Shown in pieces: positions 17,615-27,064 of a DNA stretch of 64,000 bases; within the stretch, counting starts at the first letter, position 1; each line of letters opens with the position of its first letter. The notes beneath the pieces are model-generated. The model was not told the DNA's origin. It saw only the letters and a list, made by a program, of their open reading frames with translations, and did not search any database. Source of the DNA: Acutalibacteraceae bacterium (GTDB lineage: Bacteria > Bacillota > Clostridia > Oscillospirales > Acutalibacteraceae). The position numbers and the translations under genes were made by a program. The stretch covers positions 2,352-66,351 of the forward strand of contig JAZRTO010000047.1 in the NCBI GenBank assembly GCA_045652065.1. The letters run 5' to 3'.

Positions 17615-17738
17615 TCATTTTCAGATATTAAACAATATCATTACAAAGCAAAGGGAGCGGATATTCTTTGGCTGTAATCGGTAGCAGTCCGAATAAACGA
17701 AATTTTACGGCAGCTCATTCAATGAAGGAATTGTCTTG

Positions 17739-17767
17739 TTGATTTGTTTTATATGTGATGGTATAAT
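17739..17767 (+). promoter_or_regulatory. Sigma-A type promoter
   Basis: TTGATT at 17739-17744, a 17-nt spacer ending in TGG, and TATAAT at 17762-17767. Confidence 0.5.
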
Positions 17768-17802
17768 TGTTTTGCTGAAAATGATTTTCGGAGGGTGGTA
17801 TT

Positions 17803-18132
17803 TTGGCTAAGCACGAATTCGGTATTATGAAAACAGCACCCGCAAAGGGTAAGCGATATGACAAATACGAGCCTCAGAAATATAACTGTATTTCTGTTGA
17901 TGATATTCATTTAGAGGATATTGTTGAGAAATTCTGCATTATAGACACATATTGGCACACAACCGATATAAAAGGGAAGGGCATTGAATACTGCGGAATA
18001 ACACTTATTCCTCCTGAATCTCTTGATGCATTTTTAGATGTTATCAGAAATAATGCAGACTTGTCAGAGCTTTATAATCTGGCGGAAACAGCAAAAAAAG
18101 AAAACAAATGGATAATTCACTTTGGCTTGTAA
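17803..18132 (+). CDS. Hypothetical protein (109 aa)
   Basis: The TTG start lies 6 nt after GGAGGG. It has its own promoter and terminator. No family recognised. Confidence 0.5.
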   Translation: MAKHEFGIMKTAPAKGKRYDKYEPQKYNCISVDDIHLEDIVEKFCIIDTYWHTTDIKGKGIEYCGITLIPPESLDAFLDVIRNNADLSELYNLAETAKKENKWIIHFGL

Positions 18133-18140
18133 CTGTTTTG

Positions 18141-18180
18141 CCTGACAGAAAATGCTCTGTCAGGTTGTTTTATTTGTTTT
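18141..18180 (+). terminator. Rho-independent terminator
   Basis: 8-bp stem CCTGACAG/CTGTCAGG followed by a T-rich tail. Confidence 0.6.
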
Positions 18181-18214
18181 GTTATGTTAAAATTATTTCA
18201 AAGGCGGTGTTTTT

Positions 18215-20659
18215 ATGAAAAAAATAAAAAGCAAACAGATAATTGAGCTTGCTGTAACTTTTGTACTTTTTGGACTGATGATTTATTCAGCATATTCTTT
18301 GTGGTACATCTTTTACGGTACAAACAGTGTAGCCGATGTGCATCTTTATACAGGTATGACGGGAATAGCTATCGGCTGGTTTATGCTTCTTTTTGTACAA
18401 GGCGTATTTCCGAAATCAGGTAAAATCGGGAAAATAATTGGATTTTTTGCAGGAAATGCACTGGTTCACGGTTGCATATGGGGAATAAATGCAAAGATTA
18501 ACGAGGCAGGAAACGACAGTGAGGATGTTGTTATAAAGACATTTACTCTTGTGTTTCTTTTGTCTGCCGTGCTGCTTTTGCTTGCATTTATATCAAGAGC
18601 TAAAAAGAATCAAAAGCTTCTTAATATAGTTTTTGCTTTTATTTATTTTGCCGTATCAGCAGGCGGTATTGTTGTGCTTAATGAAGAGAATATCAAGGCA
18701 CTGGAATATAAACAGAATCTGCAGTTTGATACAATTATCGCCGATGAAATAAATATTACGGATACAGAAAAGAAAATTGGCAATGACTGGGCAGAAAATA
18801 ATCTTCTTGATGCAGAAAAATTTCCCTTTACATTTTCTGTTGACGGCGAGAGATTCAATCCCGATGAATGGGAAAAGACCGTAAAAAAGGCTTCTGCTGA
18901 GGTTTACCGCGGAGGAAAAACAACATATATCACCTTTAAGAAAAATAGTCTTGAGGTAACAGTCGAAATTTCGGTATTTGAGAAAAATGCCTCCTGCCAA
19001 TGGACAGTTTATATTAAGAATACGGGCGACACAAATTCAGGTGTGATAGGTGATTTTTATGCCCTTGATTCATCATTCTCTACGGGAAAAGCCGATATTT
19101 ATTATTCAATCGGCAGCGATACACAGGCAGGAGATTTCTCTCTTGTAAAGAAGAGCCTTTCTTCTTCTGTCAGAACATTCTCTGCAAATGACGGCAAGCC
19201 CACAGAAAAATATATGCCTTATTTCAATGTAAACGGAAAGGATGCGGGAATTGTATTCGGTATCGGTTGGACAGGGCAGTGGGAAGCTGAATTTTCCTGT
19301 TCCGACGGAAATACTGCAGTAACGGTTAAGCAGCAGAATTTCAATGCATATCTTCTTCCCGGTGAAGAGGTTCGTTCTCCTCTTGTCTCTCTTACATTCT
19401 ATGATAATGATAATGCGCTTAAGGGCTTCAATCAGTTCAGAAATTGGATTACTGATTGTGTTTATCCCGAAAATGTCACAAAGGGACACTATACCGTAAT
19501 GGAAGTGGCAGGACCCTTGTCAACGAAGACATCTGATGAGATTATTACTGTTCTCGATGAGATAAGCGATGAAGTATATTCACAGACAGATGCATTCTGG
19601 ATGGATGCCGGTTGGTACAGCTACAATGAAGGCTGGCACGACGGGGTCGGCAACTGGACTGTTGATACATCAAGATATCCTGACGGTATATCAGAGCTTT
19701 CATCTTATGCTGCAAAAAAGGGGCTGGGACATGTTCTGTGGTATGAGCCCGAAAGAGTATGTCGTGATACTCTCTTTTATAAAACAGGCTCTGCTCACGA
19801 GCAATGGCTCATTGATATAGGCGAGGATAACATTATGTGGAATCTTGCCGATGAGGATGCATTTAAGTATTATTGTGAATATCTTACCGCTTCTATGAAG
19901 GAAAACGGAGTTACCGTTTATAGGCAGGACTTCAATTTTGCTCCTCTCGAGTACTGGCAAAAGGCAGACAATGATTACTACGGAGGAAGAACAGGAATCT
20001 GTGAAAACCGTTATGTCACAAACCTTTACAGATTCCTTGATTATCTTACAGAGAGCATAGACGGTCTCATTATTGATAACTGCGCATCGGGCGGAAAGAG
20101 ACTTGACCTTGAAATGACTTACCGCAGTATTCCTTTCTGGAGAAGCGACTACAACTGTGCAGTTCATTCTGACCTTTTTGAGGCAACTCAGTCGCAGACC
20201 TACGGTATTTCCTTCTGGCTTCCCATTTCGGGCACCGCACTTAATATGACAAGCGAATATTCCGCAAGATCAGCGGTTATGCCTCTTATGCTTATGGATT
20301 TCTATGCAAATTATTCCGAGTTTTTCAATCTTTTCCATAGTCAGCGTGAGCTTATGACGGGAAATTTCTATCCCCTTGATTTCGGTAGCTACGATAAAAA
20401 TAAAATGCATTCTATGGAGTATATGTCGAATGACGGTCTTACCGGTGTTGTTTTTATTTACAAAAGACCCGAGGTTAATAAATCGCAGTACACTGTTATG
20501 CTCAACGGTCTTATTCCCGATGCCGTTTATGAAATTTCAGATGTTGACGGTGTTATTGCGACTAAGGAATATACGGGTAATGAGCTGATGACAGAGGGTA
20601 TTACAATTCCCTTGCCTCAGGGGGAAAAGGCAATAATTCTTGATATAAAAGGGAAATAA
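18215..20659 (+). CDS. Polytopic membrane-anchored GH36-like glycosidase (alpha-galactosidase clan)
   Basis: About five N-terminal TM helices over roughly 165 aa, then FWMDAGWY, YRQDFN, DNCASGGKRLDLE and FWRSDY motifs resembling GH36. Confidence 0.6.
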   Translation: MKKIKSKQIIELAVTFVLFGLMIYSAYSLWYIFYGTNSVADVHLYTGMTGIAIGWFMLLFVQGVFPKSGKIGKIIGFFAGNALVHGCIWGINAKINEAGNDSEDVVIKTFTLVFLLSAVLLLLAFISRAKKNQKLLNIVFAFIYFAVSAGGIVVLNEENIKALEYKQNLQFDTIIADEINITDTEKKIGNDWAENNLLDAEKFPFTFSVDGERFNPDEWEKTVKKASAEVYRGGKTTYITFKKNSLEVTVEISVFEKNASCQWTVYIKNTGDTNSGVIGDFYALDSSFSTGKADIYYSIGSDTQAGDFSLVKKSLSSSVRTFSANDGKPTEKYMPYFNVNGKDAGIVFGIGWTGQWEAEFSCSDGNTAVTVKQQNFNAYLLPGEEVRSPLVSLTFYDNDNALKGFNQFRNWITDCVYPENVTKGHYTVMEVAGPLSTKTSDEIITVLDEISDEVYSQTDAFWMDAGWYSYNEGWHDGVGNWTVDTSRYPDGISELSSYAAKKGLGHVLWYEPERVCRDTLFYKTGSAHEQWLIDIGEDNIMWNLADEDAFKYYCEYLTASMKENGVTVYRQDFNFAPLEYWQKADNDYYGGRTGICENRYVTNLYRFLDYLTESIDGLIIDNCASGGKRLDLEMTYRSIPFWRSDYNCAVHSDLFEATQSQTYGISFWLPISGTALNMTSEYSARSAVMPLMLMDFYANYSEFFNLFHSQRELMTGNFYPLDFGSYDKNKMHSMEYMSNDGLTGVVFIYKRPEVNKSQYTVMLNGLIPDAVYEISDVDGVIATKEYTGNELMTEGITIPLPQGEKAIILDIKGK

Positions 20660-20716
20660 TCAGCCTTTATAAAAGCAGATGAATGCAATAAAATCAGAGC
20701 CGCAAAGGTGAAGTGA

Positions 20717-21226
20717 ATGATTATTTTAATTACGGGCGCATCCCATACAGGCAAAACTGCTTTTGCGCAAAAGCTTCTTGAAAAGTATAAATATCCGTAT
20801 CTTTCAATTGATCACCTGAAAATGGGACTGATAAGAAGCGGAAACACGGAGCTTTCTCCATTAAGCGATGACGGGGAGCTGACAGCTTATCTTTGGCCCA
20901 TAGTCCGGGAAATTATAAAAACAGCAATAGAAAACAAGCAGAATTTAATTATTGAAGGCTGTTATATCCCATTTGACTGGAAGAATGATTTTCCGGCTGA
21001 TTACCTTGAAAATATCCGTTACTGCTGTCTTATTATGAGTGAAAAATATATAATAAATCATTTTGATGATATAAAAAAGTATGCATGTGTTATTGAGAGA
21101 CGGCTTGATGACAGTGATTGTACGATTGAAAGTGTCCTTAACGATAACAGGCAAATACTGTTGCTTTCAAAAAAGTACAAAGTAAATCACATTATCATTG
21201 ATGAAAAATATGAAATTGATTTATGA
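20717..21226 (+). CDS. P-loop NTPase/kinase-like protein
   Basis: Walker A ITGASHTGKT at the N-terminus. Small, at 169 aa. Confidence 0.55.
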   Translation: MIILITGASHTGKTAFAQKLLEKYKYPYLSIDHLKMGLIRSGNTELSPLSDDGELTAYLWPIVREIIKTAIENKQNLIIEGCYIPFDWKNDFPADYLENIRYCCLIMSEKYIINHFDDIKKYACVIERRLDDSDCTIESVLNDNRQILLLSKKYKVNHIIIDEKYEIDL

Positions 21227-21242
21227 AACGGGAGGAAATATT

Positions 21243-21425
21243 ATGTCAGCAAATGAAAGATTTGAAAAGGTGTTTTCACAAGGATTTTTGACAGTAACTG
21301 AAATATGGGTGGATAAAGAAACGGGTGTTAACTATATTTTCCACCAGGACGGAAATGCAGGGGGCTTGACGCCCTTGTTGGACAGAGAAGGAAAGCCCGT
21401 GATTTCAACTACACTCAACCGATAA
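21243..21425 (+). CDS. DUF6440-like small protein
   Basis: VDKETGVNYIFHQDGNAGGLTPLLDREGKPV motif. The ATG at 21243 follows GGGAGG. Confidence 0.55.
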   Translation: MSANERFEKVFSQGFLTVTEIWVDKETGVNYIFHQDGNAGGLTPLLDREGKPVISTTLNR

Positions 21426-21439
21426 ATGCAGGTATTTTT

Positions 21440-21877
21440 ATGTACAGAGAATTACTTGAAAAATATATAAAAGATAATAATTGGGCTAAATTGCAGCCGC
21501 CTTGCCCCGAAAAGGAAATTAATGAAGCTGAAAAATATGTAGGCTTTACTTTTCCCGAGGATCTTAAAAATCTTCTTCGTGAAACAAATGGTGACCGGTG
21601 GCTTTTGCTTTCGGCAAAAGAAATTACGGATAATGTAAAAACTAACCGTGAGATTTTTCTTGAATATCTTGATTCGGAAGAATTTGAAGAAAAAGTCAAC
21701 CGTTTTATATTTTTTGCAACGAACGGGTGCGGTGACTATTACTGCTACCGGATACTTTCTAATGGGGATACGGATATAACTGCCATATACATCTGGGAGC
21801 ACGAGCTTTTTGAAGTAAGAAAAGCAGCCGACAATATAATTGATCTGATAAAAAAGTATTACAGTAATGAAGTTTAA
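21440..21877 (+). CDS. SMI1/KNR4 (SUKH-1) family protein
   Basis: EINEAEKYVGFTFPEDLKNLLRETNG and FATNGCGDYYC motifs typical of SUKH immunity-type proteins. Confidence 0.7.
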   Translation: MYRELLEKYIKDNNWAKLQPPCPEKEINEAEKYVGFTFPEDLKNLLRETNGDRWLLLSAKEITDNVKTNREIFLEYLDSEEFEEKVNRFIFFATNGCGDYYCYRILSNGDTDITAIYIWEHELFEVRKAADNIIDLIKKYYSNEV

Positions 21878-21933
21878 CTGCAAAAAAGCAGCATTTTTCA
21901 GAAAGAAAATTGTGCAAAAGAAAAGGAAAATTG

Positions 21934-22833
21934 ATGAACGATAAAAGCATTGAATATTTACTTGGAATTGACGGTGGAGGAACCAAAACAGAATTCCTGC
22001 TGACGGATGTCCGCGGACGGGAAATAAAGCGAATTTTTCTCGGCGGCTCCAATCCGGTTAATGTCGGCATTAAAAATACCTGTGACATATTAAATGAAGG
22101 TATAAATGAAATCTGCAGAGGTCTCCATAGGGAAAAAATTTCTGTTTTTGCAGGCATTGCAGGGGCAAAAACCGGGGATAACGAAAGGCAGATAAATGAT
22201 TTTCTTTCTTCTTTCGGCTTCTCCTCATATGCTTGCGGAAGCGATATTGACCTTGCGCTTGAGCTGACTTTGTCAGGTGCAAACGGAACAGCCGTAATTA
22301 TGGGTACCGGTGTTGTTGCGTTCTCAAGAAACGGTGAAAAATTTTACCGCACGGGCGGAAGAGGATATATGATTGATAAGGGCGGAAGCGGATTCCACTT
22401 CGGTTCTGCGGTACTTCACGAAGCCTTCTGTGCAATTGACGGAAGAGGCGGCAGTAAAACCATTCTCGGACTTGTTGAAGAAAAACTCGGCTGCACTCTC
22501 GAAAAGGGTGCCGGAGAGATATATAAGGGTGGCCCCTCATTTATTGCTTCCTTTGCTCCTGTTATATTCCGTGCATATAATCTCGGCGATGAAAAAGCCG
22601 CTGAAATAATTGAATTTAATGCAAAAGAAGTTGCAGCGGTTATAAGCGGAGCCTTGAAAATTTCTGAAAATACCGATAAAAGGGTAGTTATCTGCGGAGG
22701 TCTTGCAAAACAGAAAGAAATTATTTGCCCGTTTATAAAAAAGTATCTTGAAAATGATGTGTCACTTTCATTCAACTGTGAGCCTATGGTAAATGCGGCA
22801 GTAACAATAGCAAAAAAGCTTTCGGGGGAATAA
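21934..22833 (+). CDS. BadF/BadG/BcrA/BcrD-type ATPase (GlcNAc/MurNAc kinase-like)
   Basis: LGIDGGGTKTEF phosphate-1 motif. It lies adjacent to murQ. Confidence 0.75.
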   Translation: MNDKSIEYLLGIDGGGTKTEFLLTDVRGREIKRIFLGGSNPVNVGIKNTCDILNEGINEICRGLHREKISVFAGIAGAKTGDNERQINDFLSSFGFSSYACGSDIDLALELTLSGANGTAVIMGTGVVAFSRNGEKFYRTGGRGYMIDKGGSGFHFGSAVLHEAFCAIDGRGGSKTILGLVEEKLGCTLEKGAGEIYKGGPSFIASFAPVIFRAYNLGDEKAAEIIEFNAKEVAAVISGALKISENTDKRVVICGGLAKQKEIICPFIKKYLENDVSLSFNCEPMVNAAVTIAKKLSGE

Positions 22834-22835
22834 AT

Positions 22836-23639
22836 ATGTTAAATACAGAAATGCGAAATCCTGAGACCTGCGGGATTGATAAAATGAGTACAGCAGAAAT
22901 GCTGCGTATTATAAATAGCGAAAATGCGAAGGTGACTTTTGCAGTAGAAAAGGCGCTTCCCGAGATAACAATTGTCTGCGATGCTGCAGCAGACGCAATA
23001 AACGCAGGGGGCAGAATTTTCTATATCGGAAGCGGCACCTCCGGCAGACTTGCTGTGTGCGATGCTGCAGAATGTCCCCCAACATTCGGTGTGCCTTATG
23101 ACTTATTCAACGGCATTATTGCCGGCGGAGAAAAGTGTATGTTCAAAGCAGCTGAAAATGCAGAAGACAATGAAGAAAACGGTATCAATGACCTGAAAAG
23201 CCATGATTTCAGCAGTAAGGACATCCTTATAGGAATTTCCGCTTCAGGCTCGGCAGCTTATGTTATTTCAGCAGTAAACTATGCCAAAAGCATAGGTGCA
23301 AAGGCATTTTCAATTACTAATAATCCTGATACTCAGTTGGGTAAGGTTTCGGATGTTGACATCTGTGCCGATACGGGGCCCGAAGTTATAACGGGTTCTA
23401 CGAGAATGAAGGCAGGCACGGCACAGAAGATTATTCTTAATATGATTTCAACCGCGGCCATGGTAAAATGCGGCTGTGTCTATGAAAATCTTATGATAAA
23501 TCTTAAGCCCACTAATAAAAAGCTTAAAAGAAGAATGGTGGGAATTGTATCGGAAATTCTTTCCTGCACCCCCGAAAAAGCAGAGGTGCTTCTTGAAAAC
23601 AACAACTGGAGTATCCGCCTTGCTGTAGGAGAAAAATAA
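22836..23639 (+). CDS. murQ: N-acetylmuramic acid 6-phosphate etherase
   Basis: SIS-domain motifs GSGTSGRL and ITGSTRMKAGTAQK, with an NPET N-terminus. Confidence 0.85.
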   Translation: MLNTEMRNPETCGIDKMSTAEMLRIINSENAKVTFAVEKALPEITIVCDAAADAINAGGRIFYIGSGTSGRLAVCDAAECPPTFGVPYDLFNGIIAGGEKCMFKAAENAEDNEENGINDLKSHDFSSKDILIGISASGSAAYVISAVNYAKSIGAKAFSITNNPDTQLGKVSDVDICADTGPEVITGSTRMKAGTAQKIILNMISTAAMVKCGCVYENLMINLKPTNKKLKRRMVGIVSEILSCTPEKAEVLLENNNWSIRLAVGEK

Positions 23640-23659
23640 CAGAAAATAAATTAAAACAG

Positions 23660-23708
23660 ATAAAAAATGAAGGCTTCGCACTATGCTTGCGGAGCCTTCG
23701 GTTTTTGA
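23660..23708. terminator. Bidirectional terminator
   Basis: Stem GAAGGCTTCGC/GCGGAGCCTTC flanked by an A-run and a T-run, between convergent genes. Confidence 0.5.
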
Positions 23709-23718
23709 TGCTATTTTT

Positions 23719-24708
23719 TTATTTGTCCTGAGGATAAACGACCCCCGTAATTTTTCTTATGTCATCCATTTGCTTTGTAATATAAAGAGTCTGTTCGGGT
23801 GTTACGACGGGACTTTCCTTAAGACCTTTTGAAACACATTCACAGAAGTGTGCGATCTGTTCCTCAAATCCGTTACCTGCATAGGGCGCAGATATTGTCT
23901 GAGTTTCACCGTTGTTGAAATAAAGCTCAATTTCCTGAGGTGCATAGAAGCGCTTAAGCCTTGCATAACCCTTTGTGCCGTAAACAAAGCCTTCGTTGGG
24001 CTTTCTGAGAAGTATTGCGCTTGAAATATCCGCAATTGCACCGCTTTCGTATTTCATAAGCACACAGGTGTGACTGTCAACTCCGTTATAAAAATCGGAT
24101 TGCGCATTTATTTCCGTAATATCTTTTCCGAGATACCACTGAGCAAAATTAAGACCGTAAACGCCCACATCAAGAAGTGAGCCGCCGCCGTTTTCAGATT
24201 TGAAAACGTGATGTCCCATTTCATCTTCATCCATGGTGTAGCAGAATTTACCCTCAACACCGAGGATATCACCGAGAACTCCCTGTTCAACCAATTCCAG
24301 CATTTTAAGAGTGCCGGGTACAAGTCTTGCCCACATAGCTTCCATAAGAAGCACATTGTTTTCTTTTGCACATAAAAACATTTCTTCTGCTTCTTTTAAG
24401 TTTACAGCCATAGGCTTTTCACAGAGAACGTGCTTTCCGTTTTTCATCATAAGCACAGAGCAGCCAATGTGTCCCGAATGGGGTACTGCAATATATGCCG
24501 CATCAATCACGTCTGATTGCGCCATTTTTTCATAGCTGTCAAAACGGACGGGTATACCAAATTCATCACCGAATTTTTCGGCATTTTCTTTTGTGCGCGA
24601 AGCTACTGCAACAAGTTCAGCTCCGGGCACATTTTTTATGGCTTCGGCAAAGCGATGTGCAATTGTTCCGGTACCGACTATTCCGAATTTTATTATTTTC
24701 TCTTTCAT
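23719..24708 (-). CDS. Gfo/Idh/MocA family oxidoreductase
   Basis: N-terminal Rossmann motif FGIVGTGTIAHRF and an EKP motif (LCEKPMA). Confidence 0.85.
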   Translation of the reverse strand: MKEKIIKFGIVGTGTIAHRFAEAIKNVPGAELVAVASRTKENAEKFGDEFGIPVRFDSYEKMAQSDVIDAAYIAVPHSGHIGCSVLMMKNGKHVLCEKPMAVNLKEAEEMFLCAKENNVLLMEAMWARLVPGTLKMLELVEQGVLGDILGVEGKFCYTMDEDEMGHHVFKSENGGGSLLDVGVYGLNFAQWYLGKDITEINAQSDFYNGVDSHTCVLMKYESGAIADISSAILLRKPNEGFVYGTKGYARLKRFYAPQEIELYFNNGETQTISAPYAGNGFEEQIAHFCECVSKGLKESPVVTPEQTLYITKQMDDIRKITGVVYPQDK

Positions 24709-24839
24709 CTCTGTTCTTCCTTTTTTGCATAAATAATTGTTTAATGATATATTACCACATATAACGAACCGCTACAACTGTAATATTGTTTTTTTCTGTC
24801 TGATATGCTATACTGAAAAATATGGGAGGAGGAAATCTT

Positions 24840-26963
24840 ATGATAATTTTATATATTTTCTTTATACTTCTCGGATTGGTTGTATGCATTAGTGTTGCAG
24901 AAATCATTTTTTATATTTCATTAAAGCCTTGTCAGGAATTGCCGGATAAAAATGAACTGGAATATTACTCAGTTTTATCAGGCGGAAAGAAATTTGAAGA
25001 TCTGTACCTTTATCTGTCGGGGGAAAAAACAGATCCTTCTTTTTCGGAAACTGAGATTTATGATATGCTGTGCATTCAGTCGGAGTATATGGGCAGACGT
25101 TTTGACTGCTCGGATTTCAGAGCACAGCTGCTTTTCAAGATTTATAAGGATTGTTCTGATAAACTGAATAACAAATGTAAAGAGCTGATAAAAAATACTT
25201 TTCTGAATTTCAAATATTTTATGGATGAGCCCGGTGATGACAGTATGTGCTATTGGTCGGAAAACCATCAGATACTGTTTGCGGTTGCGGAATATCTTGC
25301 AGGTCAGGAGTGGCAGGATGAGATTTTCAGTAATAACGGAATGACCGGCAAGGAGCATATGGAAAAAGCCAAAATCCGAATTGACGCCTGGATGAAGCAG
25401 CGTTTTGACTACGGATTCTCGGAATATCTCAGCAATAACTATATTGCAGAGGATATTGCACCCATGGCAAATTATATTGCTTACTCTGAAGATGAAAAAT
25501 CTGTAATCCGTATGAAAATAATAATGGATATTCTATGGCTTGATGTTGCGCTGAATTCCGTCAATAACCGTTTTGTGGCAACAAGTCCCCGAATGTACGG
25601 AAATAACAAAGCCGGAAATTTCTACGGTAACAGCATTGCCGCGGCAATGAATATTCTTTGGGGAAAAGAAGTGGCAGAGGTAATGGGCAGAAATTCTTCT
25701 GTTACAGAAAAAGAGAACTCTCTTATAAGTGATTCGCTAAAAAAAGAGCCTAATCACATTGTTATTTGCTTTACCGATATTGTTAAAAAGGGAATTTATG
25801 TTTTGCCTGCCGCAATAAAGGATATCGCACTTTCACAAGAGCGCTTTGTTTCTAAAATGAGCTGCGGACTTTCTCCCTCCGATATGGAAAATGAAGAGCT
25901 CATCGGTCAGCAGCCCGCGCAGATTATGGCGCAATGGGGTGCGGAAACATTTACGAATTCTGAGGTAATAGAAAACACACTTGAATATATCAGAAAGAAT
26001 AAGATGTACCGTAATTCATTTATCGGTTATTTTAAGTTTCTTAATATTTCGGTGCTGAAATTTGTAAATTGGAGAAAATTTTCAGAAAAATTCAATATTA
26101 TGCCTCACGGAATTGCAACGGGAAGAGGTAATGTATACACCTATCGAACACCTTGCTATGTTTTGTCAACCTCTGTGTGCAAGGATGTTGATATGTGCGG
26201 TGCCCAGGAGCACATATGGAGTGCAGATATCAGTGAAAATCTTACGTTGTTTACAACTCATCCAGCCGGAAACGGCAACGGAAGATACGGCTCATCTCCC
26301 GGATACTGGATAGGAAACGGCAGACTGCCTATGAGTGTGCAGAATGAAAATGTGAATATCACAATTTATAAATTACCTCAAAAAAAGCGTCTTGGTGAAA
26401 CAGGTATTTCAGATATGACACATGCATATATGCCCAAGGCATTTTATGATGAATTTGAACTTTGCGGAAATACAGTGTTAGCAAGAAAAAACGGAGTTTT
26501 TGTTGCCTTGATTTCGAATGGGGCGCTGAAATTCAGACCATTCGATACCGATAGTGCAAAGGGACTGATGAAAAACAGAAGCTTCCCCGAGCATCTGACA
26601 CTCAGCGGTGAATTTGATTTGTGTCGTGTGGGAGGGGACTATCACATTTATGTTACAGAGCTTTCCGACAAAACACGCGAATCCTTTGATGAATTCAAAA
26701 GGCGCATAAATCACAATTCCGTAAAATTCTTTGATAAGGGCAATGTTGAATATATTACGGATTCAGGCAAAATATCAGCTTGTTATGACGGAGGATGGTT
26801 CATCGACGGTGTTTCTGCAGAAACAGAATTTAATCGCTATGACAGTAAATTCTGCAAAGCAGCAAGAAAGCCTGATTGCGTAACCGTTGACAGCAAAGGA
26901 AATTCACTTTTTCTTGATTACAATAATGCACAGAGAAAACAAAAAAACGATACCAGATTGTAA
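24840..26963 (+). CDS. Membrane-anchored protein of unknown function (707 aa; possible polysaccharide-lyase-like fold)
   Basis: The ATG at 24840 follows GGGAGGAGG. There is a single N-terminal TM helix. CYWSENHQILF and EHIWSADIS motifs are faintly reminiscent of heparinase II/III-type enzymes. The family is not recognised with confidence. Confidence 0.45.
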   Translation: MIILYIFFILLGLVVCISVAEIIFYISLKPCQELPDKNELEYYSVLSGGKKFEDLYLYLSGEKTDPSFSETEIYDMLCIQSEYMGRRFDCSDFRAQLLFKIYKDCSDKLNNKCKELIKNTFLNFKYFMDEPGDDSMCYWSENHQILFAVAEYLAGQEWQDEIFSNNGMTGKEHMEKAKIRIDAWMKQRFDYGFSEYLSNNYIAEDIAPMANYIAYSEDEKSVIRMKIIMDILWLDVALNSVNNRFVATSPRMYGNNKAGNFYGNSIAAAMNILWGKEVAEVMGRNSSVTEKENSLISDSLKKEPNHIVICFTDIVKKGIYVLPAAIKDIALSQERFVSKMSCGLSPSDMENEELIGQQPAQIMAQWGAETFTNSEVIENTLEYIRKNKMYRNSFIGYFKFLNISVLKFVNWRKFSEKFNIMPHGIATGRGNVYTYRTPCYVLSTSVCKDVDMCGAQEHIWSADISENLTLFTTHPAGNGNGRYGSSPGYWIGNGRLPMSVQNENVNITIYKLPQKKRLGETGISDMTHAYMPKAFYDEFELCGNTVLARKNGVFVALISNGALKFRPFDTDSAKGLMKNRSFPEHLTLSGEFDLCRVGGDYHIYVTELSDKTRESFDEFKRRINHNSVKFFDKGNVEYITDSGKISACYDGGWFIDGVSAETEFNRYDSKFCKAARKPDCVTVDSKGNSLFLDYNNAQRKQKNDTRL

Positions 26964-27000
26964 AATAATTGTAAAACATTTAGATTTTTCGGAATATTTA

Positions 27001-27028
27001 TTGAAATTATAAAAATAAATGGTATAAT
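27001..27028 (+). promoter_or_regulatory. Sigma-A type promoter for the surface-protein gene
   Basis: TTGAAA at 27001-27006, a 16-nt spacer ending in TGG, and TATAAT at 27023-27028. Confidence 0.5.
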
Positions 27029-27064
27029 TTTACCGGAAAAATTTTTGGGAAAGGAAGCAGTAAT

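Noticed and set aside
22836-23639. MurQ appears about 30 aa shorter at the C-terminus than the E. coli enzyme, which raised the possibility of truncation.
   Set aside because: The SIS catalytic core is complete, the ORF ends cleanly before a terminator, and no continuation appears in another frame. It is probably natural length variation.
26981-27041. Short imperfect inverted repeat (ATTTTTCGG ... CCGGAAAAAT) flanking the surface-protein promoter, considered as a possible invertible phase-variation switch.
   Set aside because: The arms are only 8-9 bp and imperfect, and no recombinase or invertase gene is nearby. This is insufficient evidence.
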